Source: Pseudomonadota bacterium
GTDB taxonomy: Bacteria > Desulfobacterota > Desulfobacteria > Desulfobacterales > RPRI01
Direction: 5' to 3'
Assembly (NCBI GenBank): GCA_043825875.1
Contig: JBDRRF010000111.1
Location: 1-64,000 of the forward strand
Length of the DNA: 64,000 nucleotides
Below are positions 9,784 through 19,899 of this stretch, piece after piece. The notes under the pieces were generated by a model, which saw only the letters and a list, made by a program, of their open reading frames with translations, was not told the DNA's origin and made no database searches. Positions within the stretch are counted from its first letter, which is position 1; each line of letters begins with the position of its first letter. Made by a program: the position numbers and the translations under genes.

Positions 9784-12303
9784 TTATTCCTGTCTTTTTC
9801 TTTTTGATTGCAAGATAACAGCACGCAGAGATTTTTCATCTTTTGCCTTTAACCATTTGTTCGCAAAATAAGGATCCTGAACAATTTGAGCAATAGCAGA
9901 AAGAGCACGAAGATGAAAATTGCGCTCGTCTTTGGTTCCTACCAGCGCAAATACAGCATATACCATGGGGTTTGTTTCTGAAAAATGAATTCCTTCTTTG
10001 CAACGGGCAAGAAGTATGTCGAATTTATGTTCTCCTTCCAATATAATATGCGGTATGGCTATACCCGGACTTATTGCTGTACTGCTTTCTTTTTCTCTTT
10101 CGGACATCAAATTGAAAAGAAGATCAACTTTAATGTCAAGTTCACCGGCCATTTCTTTTGCCATCAATTTAAACAGCTCATCTATGTCTATAGTATGAGG
10201 CATATCGATTACTTTGCACTTTTCAATAAATCTGTCAAAGCGGTCTTTTGAAATAACAGTTTCTTCGCGAATGATTTCTTTTACTTCCGCTTCAAGAAAG
10301 TTAGACGAAAGTTCTTTTGGAGTAACAGTTTCTATAAGATGCAAAAGAGCATATTCTCTGTTTGTATCGAAACGTAAAGATATTTCCTTAAGACTTTTTG
10401 ACAAACCGACAATGGTTACCAAATCACCAATTTCCAGCCTGGTGTATCCATGCGATACAAGCAACTGACCACGACGTCGGACTGATATAATAAGAGTATC
10501 TGCCGGAAGCCTTAAATCACGAAGCGCAATGCCGTGTAAGCTTGGATTCCGAAGCTCAAGCTCAATAGAATCCTGGTTCTCTTCCATTCCGAGTAAAAGT
10601 GATACAGCCATTGGTGAGCGGACAAAATGATCCAGAAGGCTTACAATTGCGGTCGAAGGGTCAACAATTAAAACCCCCAGAGCATGGAATCGTTTAAAAT
10701 TGGTCCGATTATTTAAACGTACTACCAAATTTCTTGTTCCAAAATGTTCATAGGCAAGTTCGCAAATCTTATAATTTTCTTCGTCAGATAGCATGACAAT
10801 AATTGCTTCAGCTTGTTCTGCTTTCAATTGCTCCAGCATTTCTATATTTATTTCCGTTATTGATAAAATTTCAATATCGGAATTGTTGGCATCATTATAA
10901 CCATTACTATTATTGCCTGAGTCATCCAATGTTGCTATTTGAACCTGCCAGCCATGAGATCGTAAAGATCTGGCAAGAGCAAGCGATTGCCCTTCAAGTC
11001 CAAATATTATTGCATTTAAGATACCGTCAAACTCCGGAGTATCTGCACGCGGATGTGCTTCTCCTGCTTCTCTGAGAGCCCATTTAAACATGGGTGGGCC
11101 TATTAACTGGTTTAATACTATAACAGCGATAATTATTGTAGCAAATGGAGTTCCCCATTCCGGAAATTCAACTACTGCTTGTTTAGCAAGACCCAAGCCG
11201 AGTCCGGCCTGGGTTATAAAAGACATCCAGCCGATGCGATTTGCTTTTATAGGGATTTTTGCAAGAACTCCGTACCCAAAAGTTCCGAAAAATGTTGCAA
11301 CCAGACGAACAGCGAATAAAACAAGCGCAATTTGCCAGGTATTGGCCAAAACATCCAGTGATAGTGAAGCACCGGTTAATGTAAAAAAGGCGATGTAAAC
11401 CGGAGGGCCTGCATCATGAAGAATTTTTGAGAACTCCAAGCGGTGTTTACTGTAGTTGGTTGCTATGAAACTAGCGATCATACAAATAAGCAAAGGTTCC
11501 AGAAGTATTTCAAAAGCGAATCTGGCATGAGTAAATTCGCGGATTATATAGGATAATACGAAAACACTGTATCCTGAAAGTATAATACTCCCGGTTTTTA
11601 TAATGCTTTGCATCTGTCTGGACAAAATGTACTGAATAAGTTTTCCGACAAAATACCCCAGCAAAAGTGATACTGACATTTCAACCAAAAATATTACTAT
11701 AAAGCTTAAATCAAAGCTTAAGCCCGTCAAAAGGGAATTAGCTATTGATGAATTTATGGCGTATAGAGTTATTACCACTATATCCAAAATCATTGTAACG
11801 CCAAGAACAGTTTGCGTAAAAGGTCCCTTGGCGCGTAATTCATTAACAATAGCTATGGCCGAAGATGGAGATCGAGTAACCAGAATAGCTCCCGCCAGTA
11901 TGGAAACAGCCAGACGGCCCGCCACCGGCATTTCGCGCATAAATGGTATAAAATCGGATAAAAAGAAAATGGTTACAGTGCAGAATGAGAAAGTGAAAAC
12001 CAAAAGGCCAAGAGTCACTAATGTAATGATTTTAAAACGGCTTTTAAGTTCTTCCAGATACAGTTCGTTGCCGGCAGCAAAAGCTATAAACCCTAAGGAT
12101 ATTTCGTCAACAAAACGTAATTTTTCCGTAGTTTCTATTGAAATGAGCCCTAACATGTAAGGTCCGGCAACAATTCCGGTAAAAAGAAACCCTGTAATTA
12201 AGGGTAGCTCAGCCTTAGCAAAAAAATGTCCTATTTGCTTTGAAGCAAGAGAAATAATTGTAAAACCTGCTAAAAATATTAGTATTTCAATAAAATATTC
12301 CAT
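9784..12303 (-). CDS. Cation:proton antiporter fused to TrkA-N, TrkA-C (RCK) and PTS EIIA domains
   Basis: ~410-aa multi-TM N-terminus; Rossmann-like IIFGL; RCK-C region; EIIA motif REKESSTAISPGIAIPH. Confidence 0.85.
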   Translation of the reverse strand: MEYFIEILIFLAGFTIISLASKQIGHFFAKAELPLITGFLFTGIVAGPYMLGLISIETTEKLRFVDEISLGFIAFAAGNELYLEELKSRFKIITLVTLGLLVFTFSFCTVTIFFLSDFIPFMREMPVAGRLAVSILAGAILVTRSPSSAIAIVNELRAKGPFTQTVLGVTMILDIVVITLYAINSSIANSLLTGLSFDLSFIVIFLVEMSVSLLLGYFVGKLIQYILSRQMQSIIKTGSIILSGYSVFVLSYIIREFTHARFAFEILLEPLLICMIASFIATNYSKHRLEFSKILHDAGPPVYIAFFTLTGASLSLDVLANTWQIALVLFAVRLVATFFGTFGYGVLAKIPIKANRIGWMSFITQAGLGLGLAKQAVVEFPEWGTPFATIIIAVIVLNQLIGPPMFKWALREAGEAHPRADTPEFDGILNAIIFGLEGQSLALARSLRSHGWQVQIATLDDSGNNSNGYNDANNSDIEILSITEINIEMLEQLKAEQAEAIIVMLSDEENYKICELAYEHFGTRNLVVRLNNRTNFKRFHALGVLIVDPSTAIVSLLDHFVRSPMAVSLLLGMEENQDSIELELRNPSLHGIALRDLRLPADTLIISVRRRGQLLVSHGYTRLEIGDLVTIVGLSKSLKEISLRFDTNREYALLHLIETVTPKELSSNFLEAEVKEIIREETVISKDRFDRFIEKCKVIDMPHTIDIDELFKLMAKEMAGELDIKVDLLFNLMSEREKESSTAISPGIAIPHIILEGEHKFDILLARCKEGIHFSETNPMVYAVFALVGTKDERNFHLRALSAIAQIVQDPYFANKWLKAKDEKSLRAVILQSKRKRQE

Positions 12304-12564
12304 TGAGCCCTAATTTTTAACAAGATACTTTTTGTGTCCAAAAAGATATATTACGGACACAATATGTGATTTAAGGAAAGTTACGGTGTGAAAAAAACTG
12401 TTTGCAATATAGCATAGATAGAACAAAACGGTCAAATTATTATGAGTCAGAATATATTGAATATTAACTATAGCAGAAAATTATTGTTCTTGATTATTTT
12501 CAATATCTTGTTAAATTACACGCTGTATGTTTTAGGAATCGTATTACGAAATAGCCAAAATGGT

Positions 12565-12707
12565 GAGCCAGCTTCAAAACGCCCCATTTTGGCCGATCTT
12601 AAGCGTTGGGCTCAAAGTTCAATCCTCGAAATACTAAATGTATTCCTGTGGTTGAAATTTTCGCCCGCCTTGAGCTTGACTAAACTGAAACGTTTTGAAA
12701 GTGGCTC
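12565..12707 (+). mobile_element. MITE family A, full copy, TSD TGGT
   Basis: 143 bp; TGGT on both flanks. Confidence 0.92.
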
Positions 12708-12721
12708 TGGTGAATAGCGTT

Positions 12722-13186
12722 ATGAAGATTCTGTTCGTTTGTACAGCAAATATTTGCCGCAGTTTTATGGCGGAAAATATTTTTAAAAAATTAGCTGCTG
12801 AAAAAGGACTCATTAATATTTCAGTTGTATCGGCCGCAATTCTTGATATGAAAGGGGCGCCTGCAGACCAGAAGGCCATCGAAATACTTAAGGAAAATGG
12901 TATTGACTTTTCAGATCACAAATCAACTCTTCTTACCGAAAATATTGTATCAGAATCGGATAAGATACTTGTTATGACTCACCAACATAAAGAAACTATA
13001 GCAGAAAAATATCCGGATGCAAAGGATAAGGTTTTTCTGCTAAAATCTTTTTCCATAGGCTGCTCAGAGCATAAAGACAATTTTTTTAATGACATCAAAG
13101 ATCCCTATAAACTTCCATATTTTCATTATAGGGATTGTTTTGCAGAAATCTATGTATCCATTGAAGGCTTTATGGGGTGCATATAG
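12722..13186 (+). CDS. Low-molecular-weight phosphatase (PTP/arginine phosphatase family)
   Basis: ILFVCTANICRS P-loop; DPY motif. Confidence 0.9.
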   Translation: MKILFVCTANICRSFMAENIFKKLAAEKGLINISVVSAAILDMKGAPADQKAIEILKENGIDFSDHKSTLLTENIVSESDKILVMTHQHKETIAEKYPDAKDKVFLLKSFSIGCSEHKDNFFNDIKDPYKLPYFHYRDCFAEIYVSIEGFMGCI

Positions 13187-13276
13187 CTTATTAAGTTATT
13201 GAAATAATAGTTCATATATTGCAATGCTTTTAAGCAGCAAGATAACTTTTCTTAAGTAATTATTTTTGTTTTTTTC

Positions 13277-13330
13277 TTGACAAGTATCGGAGAGAAGACT
13301 ATTGTTTTCCCTACTAAGCGGTCGTTCGCT
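13277..13330 (+). promoter_or_regulatory. Putative sigma70 promoter of the TetR/thn cluster with possible operator
   Basis: TTGACA 13277, 17 bp, TATTGT 13300; imperfect dyad CTAAGCGGTCGTTCGCTA downstream. Confidence 0.5.
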
Positions 13331-13390
13331 AAATTCAATAAATATTTCCGGCGTCTGGCTGATAGTTGTTGCAAGGGAGAGCATGTTCAG

Positions 13391-13984
13391 ATGGGAAAAT
13401 CCGATCTTGAAGCTAAAATTTTAGATACAGCAACGGAACTTTTTGCTGAACATGGCTATGTCAAAGCATCAGTTCGTGACATCGCCAAACTGGTAAAAGG
13501 CAGCAATTCTTGTTTGTATGTTTATTTCAAGAATAAAGATGAAATACTTTTTAGAATTATAACCGATGTAGGATCAGAGCTTTTAGATGAACTTAATAAG
13601 GTTATAGGCAAACATGAAGATCCTGTTGAATGTTTGCGTAATATGATAGTTACTCAGATATTGTTTTCAATCAATGCTGCTAAAAAAATGAAAATTTATC
13701 TTGAAGAACAATATCAGTTGCCGCCTTCCTTGAAAGAAAAAGCTCTTGACCAGCACAGGCAGTTGTATGACCTTTATTATAACAAGATTTGCGAGCTTGA
13801 GGATAAAGGGCTTCTGTACCAGAAAATAGATAAGGTTGTAATGACGTTTGGGGTATTTTCAAATATAAATTGGGTGTATAGGTGGTTAAATCCTGTGGGG
13901 CGACTTCCGGTGGAAGAGGTTGCCAGGCAAATGGCAGATATGCTTTTGCGGTCTGTTTTGAAAAATCAGCCATCAGATATATAG
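13391..13984 (+). CDS. thnR: TetR-family regulator
   Basis: ILDTATELFAEHGY..SVRDIAK..LYVYFKNKDEIL HTH; first gene of cluster; symbol by recalled synteny. Confidence 0.8.
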   Translation: MGKSDLEAKILDTATELFAEHGYVKASVRDIAKLVKGSNSCLYVYFKNKDEILFRIITDVGSELLDELNKVIGKHEDPVECLRNMIVTQILFSINAAKKMKIYLEEQYQLPPSLKEKALDQHRQLYDLYYNKICELEDKGLLYQKIDKVVMTFGVFSNINWVYRWLNPVGRLPVEEVARQMADMLLRSVLKNQPSDI

Positions 13985-14085
13985 GGTAAAAGTATTTTAA
14001 AGAATTTTGATTATGAATCAGGTTTTAGAAATTATGCACCATTGTATATTTTTTGGTGCGGATGCTAATTGGGGAGGGATGCAGT

Positions 14086-14868
14086 ATGAACTATGAAAAT
14101 ATCATTTATGAGGTAAAGGACAGTGTCGGATTTCTAACCGTCAATCGTCCCGACAAGCTTAATGCGCTCAATGCAAAGGTTATCGATGAAATTATTCACG
14201 TTCTTGCTGAGGTTAAGAAAAGTGAAGAAGTAAAAGCTCTGGTTGTAACCGGCTCCGGCTCCAAAGCGTTTGTTGCCGGTGCTGACATTCCAGAGATTCA
14301 GGCGGTTGGATTAAAAGATGGCATGGATTTTTCGAGAAGAGGCCAGGAAATGACCCGGAATATTGAAGAGCTTGGCAAGCCAAGTATTGCAGCTGTTAAT
14401 GGATTGGCGCTTGGTGGGGGTTGTGAATTGGCGCTTGGCTGCACATTCAGGATTTTATCAGAAAACGCTAAACTGGGTTTACCTGAACTTGCTTTAGGTG
14501 CTATGCCGGGGTATGGAGGGACACAGCGAATGAGCAGAATGATTGGTAAATCCCGCGCACTTTGGATGATGCTCACAGGGGATATGCTTGATGCCCAGGA
14601 AGCCTTGAGATTAGGAGTTGCTAATAAGGTAGTAAAACCTGAAGAATTGATGGATGTTGCTGCTGAGACTGCAAAAAAGATTGCTAAGAAACCATCATTG
14701 GCTGTTAAGATGGCTATAATGGCGGTAAATCATGGATTTGAAATGGATTTAGAGTCAGGCCTGTTTTTGGAATCTGCTCTGGCCAATGTTCTTTTGGGAT
14801 CAAAGGATAAAGCTGAAGGCATAGCGGCGTTTATGGAAAAAAGGAAACCCATCTTTACAGGCAAATAA
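14086..14868 (+). CDS. thnA: Enoyl-CoA hydratase/crotonase family
   Basis: AFVAGADI, ALGGGCE, PGYGGTQR; symbol by synteny. Confidence 0.8.
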   Translation: MNYENIIYEVKDSVGFLTVNRPDKLNALNAKVIDEIIHVLAEVKKSEEVKALVVTGSGSKAFVAGADIPEIQAVGLKDGMDFSRRGQEMTRNIEELGKPSIAAVNGLALGGGCELALGCTFRILSENAKLGLPELALGAMPGYGGTQRMSRMIGKSRALWMMLTGDMLDAQEALRLGVANKVVKPEELMDVAAETAKKIAKKPSLAVKMAIMAVNHGFEMDLESGLFLESALANVLLGSKDKAEGIAAFMEKRKPIFTGK

Positions 14869-14910
14869 TAATTTTTTGTAATAGTAAATTGATAAAAGGA
14901 GGAGCTTAGT

Positions 14911-16041
14911 ATGTTTACTCAATTTAAGGATTGGTATGTAAATCGGCATGATTATGCCAAAGAATGGAAGGCTAGGACCGGCGGCAAGGTGATGGCTTAT
15001 ATGTGCACCTATGTGCCGGAAGAAATTTTATATGCCGCTGATGTATTGCCTATAAGGGTTTATGGCAGCCATGAGGCCTCAGATCTTACCGAACAACATA
15101 TTTTCGGTATGTATTGTCCTTTCTGCCGTGATTGCGTGGCCCAGGTAATGGAAGGAAGGTATGATTATGCTGATGGAGTAATGATTGCACAGTCCTGTCT
15201 TCATATGAGGCAGGTTTATTCGAGTTGGGAGATACATAAGCCGACTGAGTTCATGTATTATATGCCCTTTCCTATAGCCATAGAAAGTCCACATGCAAGG
15301 CCACATCTTGTTGGAGAATATAAAATATTTATAGAAGCAGTGGAGAAATGGACAGGAAAGAAGATTACAGATGCGGATCTGGACCGTGGAATTGAAATAT
15401 TAAATAAAAACAGAGAATTAATGCGGAAAGTATATGAGTTGCGTCTTCTGGACAACCCACCGTTGACCGGAGTTGAGTGCATGCATATGACTTCTTCCAG
15501 CCAGATGGTGGACAAGAGAGAACATAACAAGGCTTTGGAAAAATTATTGAAAGAATTACCTTCCCGGAAAACGGATCGTGAAACCGGCATTCGGCTTATG
15601 ATTGTAGGAAGTGAATGCGATGATATTGAATTCATGGATATGGTGGAATCTTTAAATTCAACTTTTGTAGCTGATGATCATTGTACAGGAAGCCGCGCTT
15701 TCTGGAACAGTGTTGAGCCGGAGGAAGACAGGCTTCTTGCAATTGCAAAACGTTATCTTGAACGCCCGCCTTGTCCTACCAAGGATGCTACCAAAAACTT
15801 TGTACGGTTTCACCATGTTATGCAGATGGCTGAGGAAGCTAAGGTTGAAGGAGCTGTTATTATTCAGCAAAAGTTCTGCGATCCCCATGAGATAGATATT
15901 CCTCTTTTAAGACAACGATTTGAAGATAAAGGGATTCGCACCTACTTTTTGGAACTGGATGTTACCGTTCCCATAGGACAGTTCAAAATTCGTATAGAAG
16001 CGTTTCTTGAAATGTTAAGAGCGGACGAACTTCCTTTCTAA
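14911..16041 (+). CDS. thnB: Class I aryl-CoA reductase subunit, BzdN-like
   Basis: RHDYAKEWK..GGKV..MCTYVPEEI; QKFCDPH; HAD/BCR family. Confidence 0.85.
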   Translation: MFTQFKDWYVNRHDYAKEWKARTGGKVMAYMCTYVPEEILYAADVLPIRVYGSHEASDLTEQHIFGMYCPFCRDCVAQVMEGRYDYADGVMIAQSCLHMRQVYSSWEIHKPTEFMYYMPFPIAIESPHARPHLVGEYKIFIEAVEKWTGKKITDADLDRGIEILNKNRELMRKVYELRLLDNPPLTGVECMHMTSSSQMVDKREHNKALEKLLKELPSRKTDRETGIRLMIVGSECDDIEFMDMVESLNSTFVADDHCTGSRAFWNSVEPEEDRLLAIAKRYLERPPCPTKDATKNFVRFHHVMQMAEEAKVEGAVIIQQKFCDPHEIDIPLLRQRFEDKGIRTYFLELDVTVPIGQFKIRIEAFLEMLRADELPF

Positions 16042-16097
16042 CTTGACAGTGAAACCGGTTAATTCTTTAGAAATTAATAATTAAGGAGGATATACAT

Positions 16098-17408
16098 ATG
16101 TCTGAAATAAAGAGGTATAAAACAGAGCCTCTGAAATGCTGGGGTAAGGCCAAGGAGTTAAGAGCTAAATATTATCAAGATTACAAAGAGGCACGATCGA
16201 AGGGCGGGATTTGCTGGAGCGGTGGAGCAGAAGCTATAGATGTAATTCCATACGCCTTTGGCGATGATGTTCATGCCTTAACGGCAGAGCCATATGCAGC
16301 TGCTATTGCATTTGATCCAGAGTTTGCCCATAAGTGCGAGTCGGCTCTGGAATCTAAAGGCTGGGCGCGGGATATGTGCGCTTATATGCGTAATTACTGG
16401 GGTTCTGTATTAATCGACGAATATGCTTTTGGTGGCCCTTTTCCAAAACCTGATTTTAATCTTCAATCAGGGTTTTGCTGCACTCATGCCAAATGGTTCC
16501 AGGTGTTAAGTCTGTGGGAAGATGTTCCCTATTTTAATATTGATATTGCGACAATTCCTTTCTGGAAGGAAGAACATCCGCACAGGTTGAAGTATATTGT
16601 TGATCAGATGCAAGAAAGCATTGAATTTATCGAAAAAGTTACCGGCAGAAAATGTGATGACGAGCGCTTGATTGAAGGTGTTTATAATGATTCGCGGACA
16701 ACCTCACTGTGGGCTAAAATCACTGAGCTTAATCAGAATACTCCGGCACCGTTAGATGAAAAATCCATGTACTCTCTTTATGTATTTACTACTCTGGATC
16801 GTGCCAGAGGAGAATTTGTGGAGTTTTACGAAGAACTTTATGCTGAAACAAAAGATCGTGTTGAAAGAGGAATCGCTGCTCTGGCTACCGAGCGTTTCCG
16901 GCTTATGAGTGACAGCCAGCCGCCATGGGCTTTTTTAAGGGTATGGAGATATTTGGAGCAGTTCGGAGTAGTATCTACCGGATCCATATATACTATCGGT
17001 TTGGAAGGAGTTTGGGATATTGCAGACGACTGGAGTTTAACTCCCAGAGAAGATTTAAAGTCGAGAGGCGTAGTTCTGAAAACCAGAGAAGATGCTTTAA
17101 CAGCAATGGCTGATTGGCATATGAGACGACCTATTTACGCTATGTTCTATAATGCCAACTGGAAGAGCCAATTGATGAAACAATATGCAAAACAGTGGAA
17201 TTGTGATGCGGCTATGCTCCATCTGAACAGAGGATGCGAAGGAACTTCTCTTGGAATCATGGAAAACAGAACTGCATTGATTAAAGAAGGACTTCCGGTA
17301 TTGACATATGAAGGTAATATGGGAGATGACCGCGATTTTGATGAAGGCAGAACGGTAGCAAGGATTGATACTTTTATGGAGGGTCTGGGTTTAAACAAGC
17401 TGACCTAG
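16098..17408 (+). CDS. thnC: Class I aryl-CoA reductase subunit, BzdO-like
   Basis: YKTEPLKCWGKAKELR; RDMCAYMRNY; CCTHAKW; HLNRGCEG. Confidence 0.85.
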   Translation: MSEIKRYKTEPLKCWGKAKELRAKYYQDYKEARSKGGICWSGGAEAIDVIPYAFGDDVHALTAEPYAAAIAFDPEFAHKCESALESKGWARDMCAYMRNYWGSVLIDEYAFGGPFPKPDFNLQSGFCCTHAKWFQVLSLWEDVPYFNIDIATIPFWKEEHPHRLKYIVDQMQESIEFIEKVTGRKCDDERLIEGVYNDSRTTSLWAKITELNQNTPAPLDEKSMYSLYVFTTLDRARGEFVEFYEELYAETKDRVERGIAALATERFRLMSDSQPPWAFLRVWRYLEQFGVVSTGSIYTIGLEGVWDIADDWSLTPREDLKSRGVVLKTREDALTAMADWHMRRPIYAMFYNANWKSQLMKQYAKQWNCDAAMLHLNRGCEGTSLGIMENRTALIKEGLPVLTYEGNMGDDRDFDEGRTVARIDTFMEGLGLNKLT

Positions 17409-17431
17409 ATTTTATTTTATAAGGAGGTTTT

Positions 17432-18214
17432 ATGATAACAGCAATAACAGCGGGTATAGATCTCGGAGCAAAGACTGTTAAAGTGGTGATTCTCAAGGGC
17501 AAGGAGGTTATCGGCAGAGGAATAGCCACTACAGGTTTAGACCAGAAAGAGTCGGCCGAGAAAGCATTTAAAGCAGCTCTTAAAGAAGCAAAAATAGATT
17601 TGAAGGATTTAGATAGAGTGGTAGCTACTGGCGTTGGCCGAACGGAAGCACCCCATGCCACCAGCCAGCTTACCGAAGTAGGAGCAGATGCAAAGGGAGC
17701 GAATTTCATTAATTCCGCCGTTCGTACGGTAATTGATGTAGGTGGAGAAGAGGGCCGAGGCATAAAGGTTTCTCCAATAGGTAAGACTGTTGATTTTGCC
17801 ATCAATGAAAAATGCGCAGCCGGGGCTGGCGCTTTTGTCGAAGCTATGGCAAGGGCTTTGGAACGTCCTTTAAAAGATTTTGCCGAGCTTGCCCTTAAAT
17901 CCTCAAAAAGCATACCCATGAATGCTCAGTGCGCGGTATTTGCCGAGTCAGAGGTTGTTTCTCTTATTCATGCTAAAACCGCTCATGAAGACATTTCAAG
18001 GGCAGTCCATGATTCCATTGCCGACCGTATTATCTCAATGGTAAGAAGAGTAGGTATAGAAAAAGAGGTTATGGTGATCGGTGGTGTGGCACAGAATGTA
18101 GGATTTATAAATTCCATTAATAATGGCTTGAAGTTAGAAGTAATAGTTCCTGAGTATCCCGAATATGTCGGAGCATTGGGAGCTGCACTGGTAGCCGCTG
18201 AAAAACAAGAATAG
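17432..18214 (+). CDS. thnD: Class I aryl-CoA reductase ATPase subunit, BzdP-like
   Basis: GIDLGAKTVK; DVGGEE; NEKCAAGAG; CAVFAESE (ASKHA activator). Confidence 0.85.
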   Translation: MITAITAGIDLGAKTVKVVILKGKEVIGRGIATTGLDQKESAEKAFKAALKEAKIDLKDLDRVVATGVGRTEAPHATSQLTEVGADAKGANFINSAVRTVIDVGGEEGRGIKVSPIGKTVDFAINEKCAAGAGAFVEAMARALERPLKDFAELALKSSKSIPMNAQCAVFAESEVVSLIHAKTAHEDISRAVHDSIADRIISMVRRVGIEKEVMVIGGVAQNVGFINSINNGLKLEVIVPEYPEYVGALGAALVAAEKQE

Positions 18215-18227
18215 ATGGAGGACGATC

Positions 18228-19112
18228 ATGGCTGAAGAAGAAAAAAAAGAATATTGGAGATGGCTGGAGTCCCGCTGGACCAGTCCTGATATAGATTGGA
18301 AAAAAGGAAAAGTTATTAGCGCCGGAGTAGATGTTGGGTCTGTAAGTACCCAGGCGGTAATTATGGTCGATGGGCAGTTGTATGCTTTTGCTAATATGAG
18401 AACCGGGTCCGATAGTCCGAACAGCGCCCAAAATGCCTTCAATCGGGCTTTAGAGGATACCAACGGATTAACCGAAAAAGATGTTCATTATTGCGTAGGC
18501 ACCGGCTATGGCCGGGTAAATGTTCCCATGGCTCAAAAAGCAATTACCGAAATTGCCTGCCATGCACGTGGCGCAAATTTCATGTATGGTCCCACAGTTC
18601 GTACAGTGCTTGATATGGGTGGTCAGGATTGTAAGGCGATTCGTATTGACGAAAAAGGAAAAGTCGAATCCTTTTTAATGAATGATAAATGTGCTGCCGG
18701 AACAGGAAGAGGTATGGAGGTGTTTTCCGATCTTTTAACTATTTCTATTAATGACGTGGGCCAAATGTCTATGGAAGTTGAAGAAGAGCCGGAACCGGTT
18801 AGCAGTACCTGCGTAATTTTTGCAAAGACTGAAGCTACTGGGCTCCTCAGAGCGGGATGGCCTAAAAATAAAGTTTTGGCCGCATACTGCCGGGCAATGG
18901 CAGGCAGGGTAAATGAATTGCTTCAAAGAGTTGGTGTGGTAAAAGATTTTGCTATTACCGGTGGAATTGCTAAAAATATAGGAGTTGTATCACGGGTTGA
19001 AAGACTTCTCGATATGAAAGCGCTTCCTCCAAAGTATGATACTCAGTTGGCAGGAGCAGTTGGAGCGGCCTTATTTGCTAAAGGCTTGTATGAAAAAGGC
19101 ATCAAAAAATAA
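18228..19112 (+). CDS. thnE: Class I aryl-CoA reductase ATPase subunit, BzdQ-like
   Basis: EYWRW N-terminus; GVDVGSVS; TGYGR; MNDKCAAGTG. Confidence 0.85.
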   Translation: MAEEEKKEYWRWLESRWTSPDIDWKKGKVISAGVDVGSVSTQAVIMVDGQLYAFANMRTGSDSPNSAQNAFNRALEDTNGLTEKDVHYCVGTGYGRVNVPMAQKAITEIACHARGANFMYGPTVRTVLDMGGQDCKAIRIDEKGKVESFLMNDKCAAGTGRGMEVFSDLLTISINDVGQMSMEVEEEPEPVSSTCVIFAKTEATGLLRAGWPKNKVLAAYCRAMAGRVNELLQRVGVVKDFAITGGIAKNIGVVSRVERLLDMKALPPKYDTQLAGAVGAALFAKGLYEKGIKK

Positions 19113-19128
19113 AGCTTAAGGAGAGAGT

Positions 19129-19455
19129 ATGCTTGCCAATTATGGTTATAAGGATGGGTCAGGCGATTATTTCATAACTATTGATACGGATAAGTGCAAT
19201 GGTTGTGAAAAATGCATAGAGGCTTGCCCGCAGACCGTTTATGAAATGGGTGAAGATGACAGTGACCCTCTTCGTGAGGATCTGGTGGCCAGAGTAACCG
19301 GGGAGCAGCGTAAAAAACTGAAATACACCTGTGCTCCCTGCAAACCCTATCTTAATTCTCTTTCGGGTGCAATAACTGAAGAGACAATGAAAGAGATAGA
19401 AAAGCTGCCATGTGTGTCAGCTTGTGAGGTAAAGGCGATCACTCATTCCTGGTAG
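19129..19455 (+). CDS. thnF: Ferredoxin, BzdM-like
   Basis: ANYGYKDGSGDYFITIDTDKCNGCEKCIEACP...CAPC...CVSAC. Confidence 0.85.
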   Translation: MLANYGYKDGSGDYFITIDTDKCNGCEKCIEACPQTVYEMGEDDSDPLREDLVARVTGEQRKKLKYTCAPCKPYLNSLSGAITEETMKEIEKLPCVSACEVKAITHSW

Positions 19456-19495
19456 TATGACCAAAATTGATCGGTTTTAGGCAAAACACAAATAT

Positions 19496-19582
19496 GACGG
19501 CTTTGTAGAAAGTTCCTGTTTTTAAGTTGTGATTTTTTTATAGCTATTCAACTTTTTATATGAATCTTTTAGCGAAGCCGTC
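19496..19582. repeat. Degenerate short inverted-repeat element with GACGGC ends
   Basis: GACGGCTTTGTAGAAAG ... CTTTTAGCGAAGCCGTC; ends resemble element at 34279. Confidence 0.45.
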
Positions 19583-19899
19583 TGAATTGTGTTTTCTAAC
19601 GAAGTTGGTTGCCGACTATTTCGTAGTTTAATAGAATACTGTCAGCAGTATCAATCAGCTTCCAATATAGTCGGCGGTTCCCTCCATAGATAGCCTGCCG
19701 GTTTTATATGTCGCTGGCCTGTCGATGGGTTTTTTATAGATCCTTTAATTTTGAACTCTGGTAGGACTAATCGGAGAAAAAGGGGTATATCGAGGGTCTT
19801 GTTCTGCTGGTGCTGCAAGGTAGTTTAATATGTTTTTATCCGGTTAATTTGTTAAAAAGAAATATAATTTATATTTATATTTGATTTTGGAGGCAGTAT

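Noticed and set aside
9525..9818. Short ORFs overlapping MITE copies (also 12442-12717, 12634-12879, 36497-36808, 48512-48892, 48562-48756)
   Set aside because: Translations of the repeat itself, not genes
14911..19112. Ordinary benzoate (bzd) pathway
   Set aside because: No recognisable benzoate-CoA ligase or dch/had/oah set; neighbourhood fits thn better
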